From: Octopus sinensis
Lineage: Eukaryota
NCBI RefSeq assembly: GCF_006345805.1
Contig: NW_021828871.1
Location: 1-7,419, forward strand
Reading direction: 5' to 3'
Length of the DNA stretch: 7,419 nt
A program made the position numbers and the translations under genes. Below the pieces are notes generated by a model. It saw only the letters and a list, made by a program, of their open reading frames with translations, had not been told where the DNA came from and made no database searches. Positions 1-7,419 of this stretch are shown one piece after another (the stretch's first letter is position 1; every line of letters begins with the position of its first letter).

Positions 1-8
1 ATGAGTAA

Positions 9-640
9 ATTACCTTACTTAGGGACTTAAGCACAAGCAACCATGCAATATGCATAGCGCTGACTGAAACGCACCTGTCAAGCAGTATAGCAGATGCAGA
101 AATACACATACCAAAGTATACTGTTTTTCGGTCAGACAGGAAGGAAAGAACTCATGGTGGGGTTGCCCTGTACGTCCGTGAAGATGTCACACCATAGTAC
201 TGTTGACACACTCAAACTCAGTCTGTGACACACTGATAGTACACATGAAACAACCGAAAATAGTAATATGTGTCACATATCGGCCACCAGACACCCCTAG
301 TCATGAAGGAGTGTTTAAAGATAGCCTCAGAAGAATAGAAGAAGTCCTGGACAAACTGGACCAGGGTAACACCATTCTACTGCTGGGAGATTTTAACCTT
401 CCGAAAGTCAAATGGCCAGATGGCCATCTCCTCCCTGGAATGACATCACTTGAACTGTGACAGACAGAGTCCTTGTTGGCTCTCACACGCAAGTTTTTCA
501 TGGAGCAAGCAGTGCTTCGGCCAACAAGAGGTGAGAATGTCTTGGACCTCTGTTTCACAAGCAACCCGATGCTCATGCACAACATAATGGTAACACCAAC
601 AATTCTCTCAGATCACAACTTAGTAGAGGTAATGATATAT
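9..640 (+). pseudogene. APE (exonuclease-endonuclease-phosphatase) endonuclease domain remnant of ORF2
   Basis: Motifs TETHL (63-77), HGGVALYV (153-176), YRPP (278-289), GDFN (386-397), PTRGENVLDL (LDL at 542-550) and SDH (608-616) occur in the expected order. LNFHKANW follows at 700-723. Confidence 0.9.
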
Positions 641-1339
641 GGTATGAGAGAGTTAGTTGAGAACGCAGCCATTAGGAAAATACCACAGGCCTATCCAGTC
701 TAAACTTCCATAAGGCAAACTGGAAGAAGATCAAAGAAGAGATCCGAAAACATGACTGGAGTGACTTCATCACCACACAAGACACCAACACACATTTCCA
801 ACATTTCATGACAACAATACAGAACATATGCCATAAGTTTGTCCCGGAGAAAAAAGCCAGCGGGCATAGGAACGTTATTCCCAGAGACAGGAAAATACTT
901 ATGAGGCGAAGAGCTAAGCTCTCCAAGCAACTGAATGCACGGCAGAGAAACAATGAGGGACTCCACCTGAAACTTTTTGAAACGGAAACTGCACTCAAAC
1001 TTTCCTATGAGAAGGAGAGGGCAGAGAGAGAAGCCAGGGCCATAGAGAATATTAAAACACAAACCTAAAGCCTTCTTTAAATTTGCGAAAGAAACCACCT
1101 CGGTACACTGCAAGATTGGCCCACTCTTTGATAAAAAGGGCTCTCTAACTGAGGACCCCCAAGGGATAAGTGAAATACTAAAGGAACAGTATAAAAGTGT
1201 GTTCACATCCCCTCTGGGGCACATGCAAATCACAAACCCAGAAGTTTTCTTTGATGCCACAACACTCCAAAACCAAACAACAACCATCGACCACATAGAC
1301 ATAACAGAGAGGGATGTAATATCTGCCATAGAAGAAATG

Positions 1340-2250
1340 AGAATAAACTCAGCTGCTGGACCAGATGGATTCCCAGCAGTCCTCCTAAAAACATGCAGGC
1401 ATGCCCTAGCGGGACCACTGAAGAAGCTCTTCAGTGGTTCCTTGGCTAACGGTAAACTGCCCAGGGCGCTAAAAGAAGGCACCATATGCCCTATCCACAA
1501 AGGAGGGAGTAGAGCAGAGGCCAAAAACTACAGGCCAGTCTCCCTGACGTCACACATAAGTAAGGTCATGGAACGAATCATCAGAAAAAAACTGATCACG
1601 TTCCTGGAAGAAACTAACCGTCTCACTGACACACAGCATGGCTTTCGCCCAGGAAGAAGCTGCCTTACGCAGCTGTTACAACACTACGACTGGGTACTGA
1701 AACAACTACTGGATCGCTCACAGGTGGATGTGGTATATCTCGACTTTGCGAAGGCTTTTGACAAAGTCGACCACGGAGTGATATGTCACAAATTACTCAG
1801 ACTTGGCATAACAGGAAAAGTAGGTGAGTGGATACATGACTTCTTGAAGGACAGAAGCCAGATGGTTGCAGGCAATGGAGCCCTCTCGGGAAAGACACCA
1901 ATAGCAAGCGGGGTGCCACAGGGCACAGTCTTGGGACCCTTGCTGTTTTTGGTGGCGCTCTCTGACATGCCCTTGGTAGCACAACAACAAATCCCTCACA
2001 TAGCTATGCTGATGACACAAAGGTAGCACAGGCAATCAAAAACCCAGCTGATGCTGACCTTTTACAACAATATCTGGATGCCATATACAAATGGGCTGAA
2101 GACAACAACATGCAATTTAATGCTGGTAAATTTCAAGCCTTACAATATCAAGCTGTAAACACATATACATTACAACACAACTATACTGGTCCAGGAGGGA
2201 TTGAAATCCCAGTATCGAAATCAATACGGGACCTGGGGATAGACATGAGT
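1340..2250 (+). pseudogene. Reverse transcriptase domain (non-LTR type), with a frameshift just before the catalytic YADD
   Basis: Motifs are SAAGPDG, PIHKGG..NYRPVSLTS, QHGFRPGRSC, YLDFAKAFDKVDH (1736-1774) and GVPQGTVLGPLLF (1910-1948) in frame 2. YADD (2005-2016) is in frame 1, followed by WAEDNNMQFNAGKF and RDLG. Domain limits are approximate. Confidence 0.95.
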
Positions 2251-2928
2251 GACGATGCATCTTTTTCTTCACACATCGCGAAGGTGGCGACAATGTGCAG
2301 ACGACTCACTGGCTGGATCCTGAGGACATTCCGGACAAGAGACTGCGAGACCATGTTGACACTATGGAGGACATTTGTCCTAAGCCGCCTGGACTACTGC
2401 TCCCAACTGTGGTCACCGCATAGTGTCAAACTAAACACAGAGCTTGAGACAATCCAAAGACATTTCACCAAGAGGATTTCCACCATGAAAGAAAAGAACT
2501 ATTGGGAGGCTTAGGGAACTCAATTTGTACTCCTTGGAATGAAGACGAGAGAGATATGCAGTGATATACATATGGAAAATCCTGGAGGGACTAGCACCAA
2601 ATTTTGGAATTGGGAGCTGTCCAATCCCGTACAGGACGTCACTGTGTGGTGCCAAAGGTCCGTCTTCCACATCCAGGGTAGGAGCAGATACTGTAATAGC
2701 CTGGGGTTCAGGGGCCCTCAGCTTTTCAACAAACTGCCAAGAAAACTAAGAGATCTACATGATGCGGATGTGGACATTTTCAAAAAAACATCTAGACAAG
2801 CTGCTTTCCGGGATCCCAGATGAACCCACTGCAAGGTACGAAGGTAACCTAAGGGCAGCAGCTACAAACTCTCTCTTAGATCAGTGGCCAGCCACGGCAA
2901 ACTGGACTTAGAGAGGGGGTAGCAACAA

Positions 2929-2965
2929 GGGCGGTGCCCCAGCATGGCCTCAGCCGGATGGTTGA
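2929..2965 (+). other. Two adjacent short hairpins in the LINE 3' UTR (candidate RT-recognition structure)
   Basis: Hairpin 1 is GGCGGTGC-CCCA-GCATGGCC (2930-2949; 7 pairs including one G.U, plus one G/G mismatch). Hairpin 2 is TCAGCC-GGAT-GGTTGA (2950-2965; 6 pairs including one G.U). They lie immediately before the tail repeat. Function is inferred from known 3' stem-loops of CR1/L2 elements. Confidence 0.55.
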
Positions 2966-2970
2966 AACAA

Positions 2971-2991
2971 GTAAAAGAGTAAAAAGAGAGA
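2971..2991 (+). repeat. LINE 3' terminal short tandem tail (GTAAAAGA-GTAAAAAGA-GAGA)
   Basis: Two imperfect 8-9 nt units directly precede the (TA)n tract. Short-unit tandem tails are typical of CR1-group elements. Confidence 0.55.
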
Positions 2992-3648
2992 ATATATATA
3001 TATATATGTGTATATATATATATGTGTATATATAATATAGTGTATATATTATATATATGTATATATATATGTGTATATATATATTGTGTGTATATATATA
3101 TGTGTGATATATATATATATGTATTATATATATGTATATATATAGTATATATGTATATATAATATGTATAATATATATATGTATGTATATAAATATATAT
3201 ATATATGTGTATATATATGTACATATATATATGTATATATATATATATATATGTATATTATATATATGTATATAGTATATATATGTATATATATATATAT
3301 ATGTATTATATATATATATATATATGTATATATATAATATATGTATATATAATATATATATACGTAATATATATATGTATAGATATAATATATATATATG
3401 ATATATACGTATATATATATGTATATATATATATATGTATATATATATATGTATATAATATATATATATGTATATAATATATGTATATATATATATATAT
3501 ATGTATATAATATATATATATATGTATATAGATATGTATATATATATATGTATATATATATAATTATATATATATGTATATAATATGATATAATATATAT
3601 ATATATTATGTATAATATATATGTATTATATATATATATATGTATATA

Positions 3649-3681
<33 letters not shown>

Positions 3682-3725
3682 ATATATATATGTTATATAT
3701 GTATATATATATATATGTATATATG

Positions 3726-3758
<33 letters not shown>

Positions 3759-4197
3759 GTATATATATATATGTATATATATATATATGTATATATGTAT
3801 ATATATATATAATATGTATATGTACATATATATATATATAGTGTATATGTATATATATATATATATTATGTATGTATATGTATATATATATATATATATA
3901 TGTAATGTATATATATATATATATATTATGTTATATAATATATATATATATATGTAATATATATATATCTATATATATATATATATGTATATGGATATAT
4001 ATATATTATGTATATGGATATATATATATATTATGTATATATATATATATATATAATGTATATATATATATGTATAGTATATATATATATGTATATTATA
4101 TATATATATATGTATATGTATATGTATATATATATTGATATGTATATATATATAGATGTATATGTATATGTATATATATGTATATGTATATATATTA

Positions 4198-4228
<31 letters not shown>

Positions 4229-4281
4229 GTATTATAATATATATTGTAATATGTATATATATATATATAATAATATAATTA
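2992..4281. repeat. Interrupted (TA)n / (TATATG)-type compound microsatellite, ~1.29 kb
   Basis: Alternating TA broken by TGTA interruptions and TAAT/ATTA phase slips. The longest pure run I found is 25 nt (4204-4228). There are only five C residues on the + strand (3222, 3363, 3408, 3825, 3969). Confidence 0.98.
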
Positions 4282-4560
4282 TTAGGGAATAAATCCAAAT
4301 TTACAGGGAAAAAATCAGATTTAGGATTAAATCCAATTTTATAGTAAAATATTATAAAATATTATTAGAGACAAAACCACTATTTTGCAAAACAAACAAG
4401 GAAAGACTTAATCAATACATAAAATTTTAATAAATAGTCAAAAAAACCGCCACTACAATCGTTTCTTGTCTTGATCGACAATCTTCAGGTGGACTTCCAA
4501 TCTAAAAAATCAATATTTTAAAATATAAAAATAATAATTTTAAAATAATTAAAGTATGAA
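4282..4560 (-). mobile_element. Probable terminal (pseudo-LTR) remnant of a Penelope-like element or a non-autonomous hammerhead-bearing retroelement
   Basis: A non-simple AT-rich segment carries the minimal hammerhead, and its downstream side (minus strand) abuts the TA microsatellite. No RT or GIY-YIG coding remnant was recognised, so the identity is inferred and the boundaries are approximate. Confidence 0.45.
4450..4492 (-). ncRNA. Minimal type I hammerhead ribozyme motif (Penelope-like element type)
   Basis: The minus strand reads CCAC-CUGAAGA-UUGUC-GAUCAA-GACAA-GAAA-CGAUUG-UA^GUGG. Stem I is 4 bp (CCAC/GUGG), the core is CUGANGA, and stem II is 5 bp with a 6-nt loop, followed by GAAA. 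Stem III is 2 bp within the near-palindrome ACGAUUGU, and the cleavage triplet is GUA (cut between 4454 and 4453). The 10.1-11.1 pair is U-A instead of the usual G-C, and activity is untested. Confidence 0.72.
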
Positions 4561-4574
4561 TGAAAAAATATAAG

Positions 4575-4920
4575 TATATAATCCATATATAACCTATATA
4601 TAATCCATATATAATCAATATATAAACAATATATAAACTAAAAAAAACCTATCAACAATTAAATATAAACTATAAAATATAAAATATAAAACAAAACAAA
4701 AAAATAATAATAATATAATAATAAACTATATATACACCATACACATATCCTAATTATATATAACCATATCTAACTACTACACTAAATCACATACCTATAT
4801 ATATATCCCTATACATACACATAAAAACGTCTAGGCAACTATAAATAAATAAAATAGCTAAATACTTCAACACAATACTTATTCATACTCCCACACACAC
4901 ACACATACAACCCACATTCA
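4575..4920. repeat. Low-complexity A/T/C-rich tract (degenerate TA/CA-derived simple sequence)
   Basis: There is no G on the + strand from 4575 to 4828. The tract contains repeated ATATATAA(T)CC/ATATAAAC motifs, A-runs and a short (CA)n near 4892-4905. Confidence 0.8.
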
Positions 4921-5684
4921 GGCTCTAGAAAACGGACATCACTCAAAACTATGAACGGAGAAATGGAATAAATGGAATTAAAAATTATATTCACTTGGTA
5001 AAAACTAACACTACTTAAAAATTATGAATGAAACAATGCAATAAAACAACAGACATCGCAAATAGACACAAATTACTACGAATTCCTTAACAAACCTATC
5101 ATGATAAACCAAAAACTCATAAAAACATATAATGATAAAATCTCCCTTTACTAAACTCTATAACAAACCTATATAGCAATCCCCCTAACCTAAACATTCA
5201 CACACTAATACACACACGTAAACCACACACCCACGACATATACAAATACCCACACACTTACACATACCAATACATACATATAAACTCAACATATACTCCA
5301 AAAACCCACTCAACCCACACAGACAAATAAACACAAAAATTATGAATGGATTCTTTTATAAAACTACCATGATAAGCTAAAACTCACAAAACAGAAATGA
5401 TAAAACCTCCCAATACTAAACACTATAACATACTTATATAGCAATCCCTTTAACCTATACATTCACACACAAAAACACACACGTAAACCCACACCCATAA
5501 CAAATACAAACACCCCCACCCCACTCACACACCCCCACAAGTACATATAAGCCTCAACATATACACCAAACAAAATTACTTTACAAGGAACTTAACATAT
5601 GTATAAAAAGTATAACCGCTCTTGGAAACGAACATCTCTAAATTAATGAATGGAGAAATGGAATAAATGGAATTAAAAATAATA

Positions 5685-6406
5685 ATTCACGTGGCAAAAC
5701 GAACACCACTCAAAAATTATGAATGAAACAATGTAATAAAACAACCAACATCGAAAATAGACAAATTACCACGAATTCCCTAAAAAAAAAACCATGATAA
5801 ACCAAAAACTCTTAAAACATATAACGATAAAATCTCCTTTGCTAAACTCTATAACAAACCTATATAATAATCCCCCTAACCTAAACATTCACCACAAATA
5901 CACACACGTAAACCACAGACCCACGACTTATACACATACCTATACTAACTTATAAACCTCAATATACACCAAAACCCACTCACTCCCCACACAGACAAAT
6001 TAACACATACATCCCAAAACCTAAATAACAAACCCATATACACATTCACACACAAACACACACACACGCAAAAACACACACACAACGGATACATATACTC
6101 CCTCACATATACGCATATACATACTCACTAAACTCGATATATACAACAATATTTACACACCCACACTCTCATACAGATAAATAAATTATACAACTAAAAA
6201 CTCACACACAAACTCATATACATAAACACTCCTATGAAAACAACATTAAATACATCGTAATTAACCAGAATATCAAAAATAACAATATGACATAAGGATA
6301 AATAAAAGACATACTTACAAGTCAGTTTCAAATTATGAAGTGAAATTAAATTCTTAGCCGTTAAAAAAATCAAACCAAAATTACGTTACCATAGAAATAA
6401 CTTATG
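5685..6406. repeat. Direct repeat copy A of a ~715-bp near-identical duplication
   Basis: Aligns to 6705-7419 with an initial offset of 1020 nt; 5701-5760 is identical to 6721-6780. Roughly 95% identical overall by eye. Confidence 0.95.
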
Positions 6407-6704
6407 TAAAAAAAGAATACGCGCCATGGAAAGTAAACGTCATTTAAATTATGAATGGAGAAAAAGAATAAATGGAACTAAAAACTATATCCACGTGGCA
6501 AACCAACACTACTTAAAAAAAATTTATTATGAATGGATTCTTTAAAAAACTACCATGAAAAATCATTATATACATTTATGAGCTTTAGCTCACCTTAGCA
6601 ACTCTAACAAACAACTTGCAGTAACCCAAACCCATTCTCTATGCCTACCTCACTATACACTATTCCATTCACAATTCCAAGCAACGCTAGTCCACCACCC
6701 GGTT

Positions 6705-7419
6705 ATTCACGTGGCAAAACGAACACCACTCAAAAATTATGAATGAAACAATGTAATAAAACAACCAACATCGAAAATAGACAAATTACCACGAATTCCC
6801 TAAAAAAACCATGATAAACCAAAACTCATAAAAACATATAACGATAAAATCTCCCTTTGCTAAACTCTATAACAAACCTATATAGCAATCCCCCTAACCT
6901 AAACATTCACACACAAATACACACACGTAAACCACAGACCCACGACTTATACACATACCTATACTAACTTATAAACCTCAATATACACCAAAACCCACTC
7001 CCTCCCCACACAGACAAATTAACACATACATCCCAAAACCTAAATAACAAACCCATATACACATTCACACACAAACACACACACATGCAAAACACACACA
7101 CACAAACAGATACATATACTCCCTCACATATACGCATATACATACTCACTAAACTCGATATATACAACAATATTTACACACCACCACTCATACAGATAAA
7201 TAAATTATACAACTAAAAACTCACACACAATCTCATATACATAAACACTCATATGAAAAAAACATTAAATACATCGTAATTAACCAGAATATCAAAAATA
7301 ACAATATGATATAAGGATAAATAAAATACATACTTACAAGTCAGTTTCAAATTATGAAGTGAAATTAAATTCTTAGCCGTTAAAAAAACCAAACCAAAAT
7401 TACGTTACCATAACTTATG
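6705..7419. repeat. Direct repeat copy B of the ~715-bp duplication (runs to the window end)
   Basis: Starts at ATTCACGTGGCAAAAC like copy A. It differs mainly in homopolymer and CA-run lengths, scattered substitutions, and a 6-nt deletion near the end (ATAGAAATAAC versus ATAAC). Confidence 0.95.

Larger units (their letters stand above)
1..2911 (+). pseudogene. Disrupted ORF2 (APE endonuclease-reverse transcriptase polyprotein)
   Basis: The homologous reading passes through frames 3 (9-~192), 2 (~191-~672, TGA at 458-460), 1 (~676-~1060), 2 (~1061-~1990), 1 (~2002-2508) and 2 (2510-~2620, TGA at 2540-2542). It then uses frame 3 (~2622-~2660, SRTGRHCVVPKV), frame 1 (~2680-2787) and frame 2 (2789-2911, ending at TAG 2909-2911). 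Supplied ORFs 203..460, 473..703, 808..1068, 1199..2026, 2110..2514, 2561..2749 and 2539..2823 are fragments of this one protein. Confidence 0.92.
1..2991 (+). mobile_element. Non-LTR retrotransposon (LINE), CR1/L2 group, most likely CR1 clade; degenerate copy whose 5' part lies upstream of the window
   Basis: APE endonuclease motifs, then RT motifs, then a CR1-type C-terminal region ([72 protein letters not shown]). No terminal CCHC zinc knuckle is visible. A short 3' UTR ends in a short-unit tandem tail rather than poly(A). Clade assignment is from motif recognition, not a phylogeny. Confidence 0.92.
4922..7419. repeat. Complex A/C-rich tandem array (satellite-like) with five related full or partial units
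   Basis: Units lie at ~4922-5334, ~5335-5572, ~5618-6406, ~6446-6560 and 6705-7419+. Shared blocks are GAATGGAGAAATGGAATAAATGGAATT, AAAAATTATGAATG, CCATGATAAACCAAAAACTC, CTAAACTCTATAACAAACC, AATCCCCCTAACCTAAACATTCAC and CACACGTAAACC. EcoRI sites GAATTC occur at 5080, 5773 and 6793. Confidence 0.9.

Noticed and set aside
1-30. ATG at position 1 as the ORF2 start
   Set aside because: Frame 1 stops at 28-30, and the sequence is already inside the endonuclease domain, with the first APE motif expected upstream. The ATG is probably coincidental with the window edge.
301-2035. Minus-strand ORFs overlapping the LINE, including the 274-aa ORF at 700..1524
   Set aside because: They are antisense shadows of the APE-RT coding sequence with no recognisable motifs. 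The + strand explains the region fully.
2862-4298. Tyr/Ile/Met/Cys/Val/His-rich ORFs (2862..3224 -, 3205..3477, 3398..3583, 3608..3841, 3621..3812, 3640..3957, 3872..4138, 4008..4292 +, 3969..4298 -)
   Set aside because: These are translation artefacts of the (TA)n/(TG) microsatellite, where alternating TA lacks stop codons. No domain-like sequence is present.
5488-5536. Five C-runs as a G-quadruplex (minus strand) or i-motif
   Set aside because: The loops are 3, 16, 1 and 9 nt, so no four runs are joined by short loops. The pattern is not conserved in the other repeat units.
5015-5800. TATGAATGAAAC read as a YEWN motif of mitochondrial ND3/COX3 (NUMT of a coding gene)
   Set aside because: The flanking translation under the invertebrate mitochondrial code (KNYEWNNVMKQPTSKMDKLPRIP*) is hydrophilic and does not resemble these membrane proteins.
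6676-6704. GCAACGCTAGT as a Helitron 3' end (CTAG plus hairpin)
   Set aside because: There is no GC-rich hairpin at the expected distance upstream of CTAG and no matching 5' TC terminus.
5183-6903. Telomere-like CCCTAA(CCTAA) motifs at 5183, 5778, 5874, 6798 and 6892, and TTAGGG at 4282
   Set aside because: There are never more than one and a partial unit in tandem. Such hexamers are expected by chance in A/C-rich DNA, and the occurrences are non-independent copies of the same repeat positions.
6964-7170. 68-aa minus-strand ORF (VCVCV-rich)
   Set aside because: It is a product of the CA-rich repeat read on the GT strand and has no coding hallmarks.
4922-7419. CRISPR-like repeat-spacer array (recurring AAAAATTATGAATG)
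   Set aside because: The sequences between the motifs are homologous to each other rather than unique spacers, the spacing is irregular, the context is eukaryotic, and no cas genes are present.

Overview
Eukaryotic, repeat-dominated DNA with no intact gene, probably from an invertebrate animal. An octopus or other cephalopod is my guess, based only on a remembered resemblance of the LINE tail to Octopus SINE tails. Positions 1-2991 (+) hold most of ORF2 (APE endonuclease, reverse transcriptase, C-terminal region) and the 3' UTR of a CR1-group non-LTR retrotransposon. ORF2 is broken by about 9-10 frameshifts and two in-frame TGA stops, and the element's 5' end lies upstream of the window. The 3' UTR has two small adjacent hairpins and a short GTAAAAGA-type tail that runs into a ~1.3 kb interrupted (TA)n tract (2992-4281). 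Beyond the tract, an AT-rich segment carries a complete minimal hammerhead ribozyme motif on the minus strand (4450-4492), with the self-complementary stem III typical of Penelope-like element termini. Positions 4575-7419 are strongly A/C-rich and G-poor. They consist of a low-complexity stretch followed by a complex tandem array with two unit subtypes and a recent ~715-bp near-identical duplication at 1020-bp spacing. All Tyr/Ile-rich and antisense ORFs in the supplied track are judged artefacts.
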